Below are positions 1-12,579 of a stretch of DNA of 64,000 nt, in pieces. Source of the stretch: Octopus sinensis (Eukaryota). The stretch lies in NCBI RefSeq assembly GCF_006345805.1, contig NC_043002.1:103416001-103480000 (forward strand). The letters are read 5' to 3'. The position numbers and the translations under genes are program-made. Within the stretch, counting starts at the first letter, position 1. Every line of letters begins with the position of its first letter. Under the pieces are notes generated by a model. That model searched no databases. It was not told the origin of the DNA and was given only the letters and a program-made list of their open reading frames with translations.

Positions 1-160
1 TATTTTTTTATGTGTATGCATGCTATTATATGACCAACGTTGGACTCCTCATTCACATAATCACCAGATCTGGAGCTTAACTATAGTCTGTCCATATCCA
101 TAGCACTTACTCAGCGTTACCTGACACCTTCGAGTCTTCTTTTTATCATAATCACTCATA

Positions 161-194
<34 letters not shown>

Positions 195-689
195 AAAGAC
201 AGAGGGAGACAGAGACGTTATAGGTTAATAAATGAAAAATTGCTAATAATAAACATAACAGTATGTATATAGATTTCTCGATGTTTGCACATTTCTATGG
301 AACACACACACACACACACATATATATATACATATACATTTATATATATACATATGCATATACATGCATGCGTATACATAACTATGTACAAACATATATA
401 GATATAAAAGCACACACAACTGATGCCATTTGTATATGTATGTGGGAATTTCGTTCAAATGTGTGAATGTGGAAGCAATATAGTAAACAATATCGGATGT
501 ATTACAAGGTGAGAGTTAGAAAGAATTGCAACGAAGAAAAGTGTTATATTTTTGTAATTAATTAAGAAAATGACTATAGTAATAACAATAATAATGATGA
601 TGGTGATGCTACTATTACTAATAATAATAATTCATATTGAATAAAATATTAATCATTATTATATTTACAATTTCATATGTAAAATATTC

Positions 690-731
<42 letters not shown>

Positions 732-1166
732 TACTTTCCATTTTTACAGCCATATAATTTTATTGGAAGTTGTAGAGTATGACCTGGCGTTAAAGAGATA
801 GTATTCTAAGAAGGCGTTTTGCCAAATATTGATTGAACAAAAATGCACGTAGAGTTTCGTTAAAAATGTTAATTCCTCTAATATATCAGTTTCTAATTAA
901 TTTATAGCTTTGGTAAATAGAATTGCAATCACAAATTTCTTTATCGAAATATAAAAAAAAATGTTCTATAAAATCAAAGAGGAAATGAGTATAGTTTTGC
1001 TAACTGGAAATGTGCAACGCGGCGAATACTTTATAGATACAATGTCATACATGTTATGGTTTACCATGGATAGTACATGTACTAGTGGTTAATTATGTAT
1101 ATGTGATTGCATGCGTGTGCCTATACGTGGATGTTAGCGGTATGTATATATTTATGTATGTATGTA

Positions 1167-1200
<34 letters not shown>

Positions 1201-1201
<1 letters not shown>

Positions 1202-1233
1202 ATAGATAGATAGATATATAGATAGATAGATAA

Positions 1234-1306
<73 letters not shown>
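1201..1306. repeat. (GATA)n microsatellite following a (TA)n tract
   Basis: Direct reading of tandem GATA units. Confidence 0.95.
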
Positions 1307-1308
<2 letters not shown>

Positions 1309-1634
1309 TGTTTCTTTATTAGCAACACAGAGCTGCACACAGACAGGACAAAAATACAAGGTAGAGCTTTTCTTTTGCGAGTAAAAGAAGGGGGTTTGGT
1401 TTTCGATCAAAAGGGATCGTAAATGGAAAGAAAGAGGACAAAAAAGGGGGGATAAAAAAAGGGGAGGTGAAGAAAAAAAGGGAAAAAAAATTGATCAATA
1501 GGGATCGTTATCACAGAAATGTCAATATGAAGTAAGATAGTAAGATAGATACATAGATAGATAGATAATTGTTAAAGAGGACAAGAGGAATTGAGGCAAG
1601 GCAAGCATCGTATACACTATTATTATTATTCAAA

Positions 1635-1690
1635 GTCTTACACCTGTTTCTGGGATATCCTCGAGTATGGAACGTTCCATCATCAGAAGC
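1635..1690 (-). ncRNA. Degenerate type I hammerhead-like motif with extended stem II (probable Penelope pLTR remnant)
   Basis: Minus strand reads GCUU-CUGAUGA-UGG..23 nt..CCA-GAA-ACA-GG-UGU-A/AGAC. The core is canonical; stem I has one mismatch. Confidence 0.5.
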
Positions 1691-3621
1691 AAATAGGAAA
1701 AAATAAGGAAAATGAGAATGGTATATATTAATGAGTTGACGACATAGAGGAAGGGATTACAAGAATAAGGAGATGGAGAGATAGAAGAATAAAGAAGCAT
1801 AAAATTTCATAATTCAAATTTCCGAAGTTATAGAGAGAAGAGCATGACACCTTAGGTGCAAGTCTGCGTAGATCATGAGCGTAGGTCCTTAGGTTCAATC
1901 CTACGTAGATCCATGTGGGTTAAAATCCTGATATAGTAAACATCTCGAGAGAAAAGATGCGACCATATCAACGTTCAATAACTGAATGTCTCCTTAACTA
2001 CCGTCTTGTCTATAACCTTCGAAACCTAGTAATCCGTTACAGCTCTTACCTAGCGTAACTTATCGTTTAGATCGCCTGAGAACTAAATCTCCATACTTTG
2101 TGTATATATATATGTACGTGTGTGTGTGTTGATTCGACTACGGTTTTAGTTGAATAATATTCTTAAGGCCGCAATTTATTCACGTTCAGCATATCTCAGT
2201 GGTTGTTTCTACTTCAGTTCTTAACCAAATTGAAAACTGTTAACATTTGTGAAGAGGACTGGTCCCTAGCTCTATTTTGCTATAAGGAAATTGAGATTTC
2301 GTTCAGGACAAGAAGTTTACATCAAAATGTGTAGCGACGTTATAGGAGAGTAAGTAACACCTTCAATCAAGTTTAGATTTGAAAAACTTTTTTTTTTATT
2401 TTAAAAGCAAAATATATTTATCTTAGCTTCAATGATAGAAAAAAATCATGAAGAATTTCCTACTTTAGGTCCCATGCAACAACATTTTGTAAGAAAAAGC
2501 TGTATATATGAACATATAAGTAAGGCAAATAATTGGATTTAAGTATAATTAACTTTTTTATTTTAAATACAAACTATATTTTAATTAAATATTAATCATA
2601 TAGCTCAATTGGGGAATTTCGTAGTATCAAACTCATGCAATGAAGTTTTAAAAGAAAAAGTTATGACTTCTTTTTTATGAATATAGTCCTCCAAGGGGAC
2701 TTTTAATATATGTAACCGGCACCATTGAGGTAAGGAACAAATTATCAAGGACACCGCTAATTGACATAGTTGACACATTATTAATAAGCATAATAACATA
2801 GCCAAGAAAATCATGACTTACATGTAAAGATGCGAGGACAATTTCTTTTATCTGGTAAAGTACAGAACAAGAACGTTTTTACTTAAAATATTGCAGCCAT
2901 GAATAAAATTTCAATATTGAAAAGTCTTTGATTTTAATTCACTAAATAACCTTCTAATTTAAAAAAAAGGTACAAACACTTAGTTAGAATATTGACACAC
3001 TCGAATACATTAAAAAAACGTAATCCAGAAGTACCAATATAGTTAAAGTTTTATGCAAAGCAGAATATTAGGTAGGCAAAAACCTTATGTGAAAAATAGG
3101 CATTGGGTCAAGACTAAAAATGTAAATACCTGGCAACAACATAGGCTATACCGGAAGCATATTTTACTCTGAATTTGTTTTTTAAGGTAGATTTTACTGT
3201 AATACGTAACTTATTTTTGTATTATATCATTTATTGTACAAACTGATTATGTACTACTATTATTTTTTGTAACCGATTTCCAAATTTGTAATTATTAATT
3301 AATATTGTAAAAAAATTAATTTCTTTGAAGTGCAAAAAACATTTTAAGCGAGTTATATTTTTAAATTTTTAATGGAAATAACAAGTAATGACAAAGAGAA
3401 GTAATAACTTGTAATCATTTTTTTAGTTTTAATAAAAAACAATATTTTCTAAATCTAAATATTTTATTGGAAATTTTATCCTTAGCTGCAATATTTTTAG
3501 CAAAAGTTTACCAGATGTAATAACCTGTTCTGAACTTTACAAAGTGTAAAAACTTGTCCTGTACATTTCCAGGTTTATAATCTTAATATTATTATTTATC
3601 TTACTCCCATTTTGCCACGTA

Positions 3622-3661
<40 letters not shown>

Positions 3662-4761
3662 GCATTGTTTTAGCCTTCGAATGACGCCATCCCCCTGGTT
3701 AAGCGAGCAGGCCAACATAAGAAAGAGTGAGAGAAAGGGTGGTGAAGGAGTACTAAAAACCGATAAGGGCTTAAAAGCGTAATATATAAGCGCTCGTTTT
3801 CAGGAAGCATATTTGAATTGTAAATCACCAAGAATTGAAGCAGAGATAGAATCTATGAACTTGTGTTTTATTGGTAGCAAAAAAATAGGAATGTGTATTG
3901 CTGGAATGGGAAGTTCAGTTTCGAATATAGCTACATGCAAATAGCTATGCAATCATTTATTCTTTGTTCGACCGTGGTCGAGACCATGGAATTTACTATG
4001 TTTCGCGGTCCATCATAGCATTACGGAGGTCCTGTTGCTGGATGCCTGTAACCCTGGAGATTACATCAGGGTAGGAGAGTGTGCGCCCTCTGGTATCGCG
4101 AGCAGATGGCTTCCAGAGGAGAAGAGTAGAAATTACCTCGTTTCCAGCTCTACAATAGATGCATGCACATAACTCTTGACAGCAACGTTTAGGTTAGACT
4201 AAGACAGCTATTTAATCACGTTGACAACTAGTTTATGTTGGTTCTATATGTAATCATTTAATGTCATACGGTACAACCAAGCTAATTTACGAACTCCTAA
4301 AACTAGCCGTGAAATTATAGTCCGTTGATAATGAATAAAAACCTGATAGATGTGGTTTTCTTCATTTGGTTTTATAAACTAGGGATATTAACATGATATC
4401 TAATGTTACACCTGCAACAACGTCAAACATTATTTTGGAAAAAAGGAAATCCTATTCCTTGCAGCGATAATTACGATTATGAATTTACGGTTCCCATCGG
4501 AATGTGCAAACTAAATATATAAAATGAGAGACTAAATTGAATATATATGAGATATATTAATAAGACACAAATGGAGATTTCGGAATATAGATGAATATTC
4601 GATACCACACACTGGCATAACTAGATATGCACAGAAAAATATACACTTATGTGCAGCCGAAATACAACACATCAAGCAGCCATCTCTGCTAGAAATAACT
4701 GCCAAATAAACTCATGTCAGACACTACACTATTAACAACAAACTCAAAGCTACTATAATTC

Positions 4762-4799
<38 letters not shown>

Positions 4800-6374
4800 C
4801 ACACACACACATATATATATATATATGTCTGTATGTATAATTATATAGATAGGTAAATAGATTGATAGATAGATAGAAACGCACATGCGTTGTCCTCGGA
4901 AGACCACTAATCTACGTGTGGACTAGTCTGCGTCAAATGGTAATGGTGGTACAGACCTAGAGTTGGGTGGAAGGCTTCCATACAGCAAATGTATTTGAAG
5001 ATACACTCCGCCGACGCTACTCAGTTTTCCATTTTTCAAGTCTTTATGTGTGTGTGTGTGTGTGTGTTTGTGTGTATGTCTTTATGTGTATGTGTTTGTG
5101 TTTGCCTGTGTGTGTGAAAATATGTATGTATGATCTTCGATTCGCATAAATTAATTAAGACTTTATGACGCTCGATGAAATGTAGCGTTCCTATGTTATG
5201 CCTTTACCATTCCTATTTTACCGAAAAAGCTTATGCAATTTATTCTAAACAGAATCGACATGATCCTACTATTTTGATAAGCTCATCTCCCTTTTAGTTT
5301 ATATAAAAAAGGGCCTAACAAATGTAAATGATATATCCAATTTTAAGAACAGTGTGGGAATGAAGATATGAAGAATTTTCTTTTTTTAAGAAAATAGGTG
5401 GGGTTTTTTATGTGAAAAATATATTGGAGAATTCACTGTGGCTGTGTGAAACAGAAAGCAAATATACTCCTTGATTGATATGGAATTGAAACCATCACTT
5501 ACTTCCTCAGTTACTCATATTTCACTTTGAAATTTGAAGCCTTTTAGCAGGCATCAAATATCTAGCAATCAATTCCTGCATCTGTCTGAAATTGTATTTA
5601 TGAAATGGTAAATACGTGCATACATACACACACACACAAACACATGCATACATGCATACTTACATACGTACATACATACATACATGCACACTATGCATAT
5701 GTGTGTGTGTGTGTGTAAGTGACAAGGACTCAACAGAGTATTCTTAAAATTATTATTGATTTCACCGTTTCAGAACCTAAGTTACATATTCTGTTTATTT
5801 ATACCTAGTACGGCGCTCCAATGATGTTAAAAAATTCATAAGACTGGCCCAATTGTTGTAAGCTAGCCACAACTATACAGACCAAGTTTGCGTGTTCATT
5901 CGAAATCTCATCAATATACACCGATCAGCTTTTACTAATAATGTCCAATAATTTATTTTAAATACTCTAAATTTATATACGTCCATTCAACACGTTTCCA
6001 AATGAAAGGAAAGGCTATCGAAAAATAACAGCATTATTTAAGAACTTATAACTGCTTCCAGAATCAACCAGAGCTCAACTTCTGCTATGTTTCCACTTGT
6101 AAAATTTTCTGTCTATGAAATATTTATAAATGGTTTCAAACTTGGTAGAACGTCAAGACTGATGATTTATGTTCATCAGAGACAAGCGCACCTGCGTGTG
6201 CGTGTAAATTAGGTGTTTATGTAAGCGGCCCGTCCAAACTTGCGTTCCTATGAAAATGTATTTAGATGTATGTATGTATGTATACGTACGGGCTATAAAT
6301 ACTACACACACACACAGGTATATATATACATGTATACTTATATATATATATATATTATATATATATATATATAT

Positions 6375-6916
6375 ATATTAGTTATCGCCATACTAATAGG
6401 CATTCTTATACTAATATCGCCATACATAATATGGCGGTCAGCTTTTTTCTTATTTTTATAAGAATGCCATATAGTATGGCGATAACTAATATTTTCCGGG
6501 AACGCTGCCGTTGTTCTCTTTTAGAGAGACTTAGTAATTTTAATATTCTATTATTGAAAACAAGTGGATGTATTCCACCGAAGCTAGGTAAATAAAATCT
6601 TTGAACAGAGATTGTCGGAAGCGACACCTACTGGTTTGGCTACGCTGCATTGAAAAGGGGCAATACCCCGAAACGCGTCTGTAGCTGCCGGCCAAGTAGT
6701 GTGGAGCGACTGACCTCCCTTGTTCAAAGGTTATATGGATACAGTTTGTGTATCAAATAGCTAACTTAAGGCGATGGCCTCATGGAGCTAATAAGCGGTC
6801 AGCTTTTTTCTTATTTTTATAAGAATGCCATATTAGTATGGCGATAACTAATATTTTCGGGAACGCTGCCGTTGTTCTCTTTTAGAGAGACTTAGTAATT
6901 TTAATATTTCTATTAT
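6375..6916 (+). mobile_element. Retrozyme-like non-autonomous element: 5' inverted fragment + R (121 bp) + hammerhead unit + R, inserted in (TA)n
   Basis: Direct repeats 6434-6554 and 6795-6916 (period ~361 bp); 6375-6410 is an inverted copy of part of R; hammerhead at 6644-6685; (TA)n on both flanks. Confidence 0.8.
6644..6685 (+). ncRNA. Type I hammerhead ribozyme, U3-A8 core variant, predicted cleavage GUC/ after 6679
   Basis: GCUGCA-UUGAAAA-GGGG-CAAUA-CCCC-GAAAC-GC-GUC/UGUAGC: 6-bp stem I, 4-bp stem II, palindromic ACGCGU stem III. Confidence 0.8.
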
Positions 6917-6971
6917 ATATATATATATATATGTATAGTCATATATACATACTTATACATACATACATAGT

Positions 6972-7380
6972 CTCTTTTACTCCTTTACTTGTTTCAGTCA
7001 TTTGACTGCGACCATGCTGGAGCACCGCCTTTAGTCGAGCAAATCGACCCTAGCACTTATTCTTTGGCAGCCTAGTAATTATCCTATCAGTGTCTTTCGC
7101 CGAGCCGCTAAGTTACAGGGGACGTAAACACACCAGCATCAGTTGTCAAGCAATGTCTTTTTTGTTTGCGGCGGTTAAAAAACAGACACACAAACACATA
7201 TTTATACATATAGACGACAGGCTTCTTTTCAGTTTCCGTCTGCCAATTCACTCACAAGTGTTTGGTTGACACGAGGATATAGTAAAAAACATTTGCCCAA
7301 GGTGCCACGCAGTGGGACTGAATCCGAAACCATGTGGTTGGTAAGGAAGCAACTTACCACACAACCACTCCTGCGCCTAT
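6972..7380 (-). mobile_element. tRNA-derived SINE, family A (near full length)
   Basis: Minus-strand head 'ataggcgcaggagtggttgtgtggtaag...ggattcagtccc' with A/B-box-like motifs; tail 'ggcggtgctccagcatggtcgcagtcaaatgactgaaac'; many similar copies in the window. Confidence 0.85.
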
Positions 7381-9324
7381 ACCATTTCATTTGCCCATTC
7401 CTAATTTTAACGCAATTTCGGTCAATGCATTTTTGCCGACTCTTTTACTAACAAATTGACTCTTCGTTGTCACGCCTCTTTCAGTACCGCATTCATGTTG
7501 GCATTCTTTTTATTCTTTTATTCTATTATTCTTTTATATGTTTCAGTCCAATGACTGTGACCATGCTGGAGCACTGCCATTGTGATCATCTTTCCACACC
7601 TCCACCTTTGTCGGAGCAGCTTTTTGGTGAAGGATGGAGTTCGATGCTACTGCCCTCTTTTGAGTTTCTTACTTAGATATTGGCTCATCCACGATCTCGG
7701 TGAGCCAGAGGTCAAGTTCACGTTGGAAAACGTTTACATCCACTCCACGAAGTCTTCTCGGATGCTTCGGCAGACAGTTAAACAGCTGTGGGCTCTTGAA
7801 ACCCGCCCAAGCTATTGCAGCGTATATAAAGCTCAATTGTCAGTTAAATCAGATTTCTCCAATTGTTGACGAGTGATACCGTCCACATATTTTGAAGGAA
7901 GTCTGAGGTCATAGAATTCAATTTTGTCCTTACTGCAATATCATGCTTGGTGATTCATTTATTTTCATTTTCGTTGTATGTCTGTGTATCTGCGTATGTT
8001 TGTGTGCATCTATGTATGTACATAAGCTTCCCAATTGTGGAGTTCAGTGACTCCATGATTTCGCGAGAGGCAATGTCATCGGAAACTGTAGCTGTTTTAA
8101 TAAGTATTTTCACGGAGATTATCATTTTACCCTTCCTCTCTCATACTATCCTCTCGTACTTCCACCCTTTCTTTTTCCATCTCTCTCTTCTCCCCCTCCC
8201 TCACTCTCTCTGAGTCTCTCTCCCGCTCTTCTTTACCTTTCTTTTCTCTGTTTCTATGTGGAAGATGTGATATCATCTGATATTACAGGTCATTTCTATT
8301 TTTGTTTTGCTAGACAGGACGTAAATACTCAATTTTGGGTTGCTCTAAACGAAAATCTACGTAGCAAACTTCGTAAGATCTCGATATAATAAGGAGATAG
8401 TTCAGATGCACAACTTTATATCCGTCATGCTGGAAAAATGGCACTAAGCGATAAACGAATTAAGATACGGCTTCGAAATTTTCCCGAAGACTGGCAGACT
8501 ATCAGATAGGGTAAAACCGATCGGAAAAACCTATTAACCTAAAGTGATTCTCTTGAAACAAGAGTCAATCAAAAATATCATTCCGTACTTCAATATCTCA
8601 GCAAAATTGTGGGAAAAAATTCTTCTTTTTGTTTTCTCGTAATTTGAACTCTTATCTATCACAACGTATATTGTAGAACATTTTACAAATCTGTTCGATT
8701 AATTTGGACACGTGTTCTTTAATTTAGAGCAATATTGGATGTATAGCAATCAATCGAACCCAGACGAAACAAAACAAACTATATAAAATAAATAAATAAA
8801 CAAACAAACATACGTCACGCATATATTTGGCTATGTTTACACTTTATACTGTGCTCATTAGTAAAATAAGGAGACGATATTCGTGCTTGTAAGGGTTGTA
8901 GGGCATTGACGCAAAATATATTCTAATTGGAAACGAGAAACAATGAAAATGGGTCTGACCCATTTATATACCTAAAATTTAACAGTTCTATGAACTTTCA
9001 GAATTTGAAATTTAGAAATCATAAAGATAGGTGGGGATTAATATAACCCTTAAAGAATGCATTTACTTAATATGTTTTCAGTAGATTTAATGGAAGTCAT
9101 AAAACAATACAAGGACGATAGAATTGTATTATATAGATAGGTAGATTGCTAGATAGATAAATATACATACGTCAACGCACACACATATGTGTGTGGAGGT
9201 GTCTATGTATGTGTATATATAACGTGTGTGTGTGAGTGTCGTCCAATCATACTAGATTTGTGCCACGCCCTCGCGTTGTTGTGTTTGTTTGTGCTTTCTT
9301 GTTTGGATTAATTTTATATATATA

Positions 9325-9359
<35 letters not shown>

Positions 9360-9363
9360 CTTT

Positions 9364-9540
9364 ACTGCCCAAAAGGGGCTAGACATAGAGGGGACAAACA
9401 AAGAAAGACAAAGGGATTAAGTCGATTACATTGACCCAAGTGAGAAACTGGTATTTTATTTATCGACCCCGAAGGATGAGTCCCGTTGTCTGTCCTTGTT
9501 TTCCCCCCTCTATGTTTAGCCCCTTGCGGGCAGTAAAGAG
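9364..9540. mobile_element. Two SINE family B 3' ends joined head-to-head (tails outward) in (TA)n
   Basis: 9364-9412 is an inverted copy of ~9487-9538; the interior holds the 'catccttcggggtcgataaa' domain on the minus strand. Confidence 0.7.
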
Positions 9541-9544
9541 GTAT

Positions 9545-9617
<73 letters not shown>

Positions 9618-10317
9618 GCACGAACACGCACGAACACGCACGAACACGCACGCCAATTAATAATGGATGACATTTATGTCATTAGAAGAGTTTAAAAACT
9701 TACGTAATGGTTTAAGCTAACTTATATGTTTGGGGATGAATTTCTTTAATTTAACGAACTACGCGTCATTAAATCTAACTACGTTTACGCTTATATTAAT
9801 TATACTTTGTGAAATCCATATATATATTCATCGCTCTTTTAACACCAATGACTTCAAATTTAAACATAATTTTGTCTTCTATAGTAATATATGAAGTTGT
9901 AAAATTGTAATATCGTTTCTTACAAACTTGGCTCTAGTTTAGACAAAGATAAATTTAGAAATGGTTTTCTGCATAATAGTCTGAAAGATGTAAATAACTT
10001 TTAACAAGCGAAAAAGATAATTAATTAATAAACGGACAGCACAGCGGTAGAATAATTTGAAATTATTATCTCATGGAAATGGTAATTGCGAAATGTTTTT
10101 GGAAAGATGTAGGAGGAACTTTAATCTACCTACGTTGTTGTTGCCTCCCCCCCATATAATATTACTTAAGACGTAATAATTGTGATTAATTGATTAACAA
10201 ATCATATTATTAGATTTCCGTTATATGTTCGAAGCTAAGGTTCGTGGCCATGCTGGAACACTACGATGTTTTGTCACATTGCTAATGGCTTTCTTGTATG
10301 GTTGGCTGTAAATGAAT

Positions 10318-10525
10318 AGGGCGGCGAGCTGGCAGAATCATTAGCACGCCGGGCAAAATGCTTAGCGGTATTTCGTCTGCCGCTACGTTCTGAGTTCAAA
10401 TTCCGCCAAGGTCGACTTTGCCTTTCATCCTTTCGTGGTCGATAAATTAAGTACTAGTTACGCACTCGGGTATATCCTTTTTTGTTCTCCCTGTGTTTAT
10501 CCCCTTGTGGCTAGTAAAGAAATAG
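10318..10525 (+). mobile_element. tRNA-derived SINE, family B
   Basis: Head 'ggcggcgagctggcagaatc', B-box 'gagttcaaattcc', central 'gtcgactttgcctttcatcctttcg..gtcgataaa'; homologous copies at 13735, 27645, 54668, 54895. Confidence 0.85.
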
Positions 10526-10859
10526 GTTGGCTGTAAATGAATGATGGGGGTTTGATATTATTGCACTCACTTGAGCTTCTTGCCGTGATATAGCCATAAT
10601 TGGTTCAACTGGGATTTAGGAAAGAAAATGATCAAGAGGTTTCTGGAAAAATCCAAATCCAATCCTTGTAGATCACACAGGTGTTTCTGAAAATTCCGGT
10701 AAATATTTTTGAAATTTATGCATCAAAAATGATTGACAGGTGGTGTGAAACAAAGATGTCAGTAACGATTGTTCTTCAGTGCATGTAAACTATCGAACAG
10801 ATGTTGCTGCAATTAAAAGTCTTCATACAACATTTGTTTAATGTAACAGATACGGGTTT

Positions 10860-11230
10860 CAACTACGCATTATTGTAGGCGCTGGCTTGGTTGCATGGTT
10901 CTGGATTCAGACCTACAGTGAGATATCTTCGGCGTGTGACTTCTACTATAAACACAGGCCGACCAAAATCCTTATGAGTGGATTCGGTAGGCAGAAAGTG
11001 AAAGTAACCCGTCATGTATTTGTGTGTGTATGCATGTGTGTGCACGTGTCGCCGTCACGTGTTTTTGTTTATGTCCTTGACTATCAACACCGCTTTACGC
11101 ACGGTGTTGGTGTGATTGTGACCACGTAACTTAGCCATTCGAGAAACAAGGCAAGTAAAACATGTCGGGTTTTGAAAAATTATTGGGGTTGATTCGTTCG
11201 ACTTAAATACTCCGAGGCGATGCTTGGCTC
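10860..11230 (+). mobile_element. Diverged SINE family A copy
   Basis: 'ttctactataaacacaggccgaccaaaatccttatgagtggattcggtaggcagaaag' matches the family A body. Confidence 0.7.
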
Positions 11231-11286
11231 TGAAATAGGGATGTGTTACATTCTAATGTGTGTCGTTGTCTTCTGGTTATTTATTA

Positions 11287-11906
11287 GGAGGGACGAAAAG
11301 AAGGAGAGAAAGTGAATGTGTGTTGACTGGCAACGATGATCGAGTGGAAAGCATTTAGAGGACGGACAACCTCATATAATATTGTGACTTCATATATTCT
11401 TTAGAGGATTTTAGTGCATGTTCGTGTATGCAAATTTGTGAATGGATCAACAAGAAGATAAATCTAAGGTGAGGTAGTTGGTGATAGTTATCATTCGCGA
11501 CAGGGGAGGTAATTGCTCAATTTTGTGTTGAGATAAATAGACATACAAAACATCATGAGCTAAAGCAGTGAAATAAAATATGTAGAGTGATCATGAAATA
11601 TATATATATATGTGTATATATATATATATATTTCATGATCACATGTCCATCACTGTACATATTTTATCTCACTGCTTTAGCTCATGATTTTTTGTTGCGA
11701 ATGATAATTATCACCAACTACCTCAGCTTAGATTTATCTTCTTGTTGATCCATTCACAAACTTCCATACAAGGACATGCACTAAAATCCTCTTAAGAATA
11801 TATGAATTCACAATATTATATGAGGTTGTTTGTCCTCTAATGCTTTCCAATCGATCATCGTTGCCATCAACACCCATTCACTTTCTCTCCTTCTTTTCGT
11901 CCCTCC
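11287..11906. repeat. ~620-bp imperfect palindrome centred on a (TA)n spacer
   Basis: 11287-11598 is the reverse complement of 11631-11906 (high identity by eye; ~50-bp extra segment in the left arm). Confidence 0.9.
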
Positions 11907-11922
11907 CATAAATATAAATACA

Positions 11923-11959
<37 letters not shown>

Positions 11960-11965
<6 letters not shown>

Positions 11966-12150
11966 GGGAATTTCAGAAAAACAAACGAAATACGAAGACA
12001 GTGGTGTAGACAACTAACAGATGTATTAGTTTAACGCTCGGGAACTGAAAGGTCTTTAACGTTTCGAGCCTACGCTCTTCCGCAGAAAGTAACACAGGAA
12101 GAAACAAGGAGAGAGATAAATAAAGAATGTGTAGTGGCTAGCGATGTATC
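11960..12150 (-). mobile_element. Penelope-like pLTR remnant with minimal hammerhead-like motif (12054-12089)
   Basis: Minus: CUUU-CUGCGGA-A-GAGC-GUAG-GCUC-GAAAC-GUU/AAAG; homologous to 46440-46640, 48930-49080 and 63350-63620. Confidence 0.7.
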
Positions 12151-12529
12151 ATGCATACGCTTATATGCATTTGAAGGTATATGTTTTCAGGGTTACACCG
12201 TCATTTTCTACGTTGTGTTAATTTGAATCTCGGTTAACATGAACTAGTTTCTATAAATGTTGGAATGCTTTGCTTCTATTTTCCTTCTTCGTAATGTCGA
12301 ATTATCATTTCACGCTTCCAGCGTAGATGTGTCGTGTTTATGCGAGTGACATATGTCAGTGTTTAAAAGAGATTTTAGTTATGTAAGAGAGGGAAAAATA
12401 TTAGAAAAACAAAGAATATGAATAAGTACCCAGTGTTTAGATTTTTTGTGTTGTTCTTGAATTAATTGCCGACCAAAGTCAAAATGTTCGTATGAAATGC
12501 TGTACCAGTTGATTTTAAACGATCAGTTT

Positions 12530-12536
<7 letters not shown>

Positions 12537-12575
<39 letters not shown>
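12537..12575. repeat. (CT)n microsatellite
   Basis: Direct reading. Confidence 0.95.

Positions 12576-12579
<4 letters not shown>

Noticed and set aside
6158-6180. CTGATGA...TCATCAG near the retrozyme
   Set aside because: A simple hairpin with no downstream GAAA or stem III; not a hammerhead.
8045-8088. Possible hammerhead on the minus strand (CCGAUGA...GAAAUCAUGGAGUC/ACUG)
   Set aside because: Needs a 1-nt insertion in stem III, a 2-nt bulge at stem I and has only a 2-bp stem II; too many repairs.
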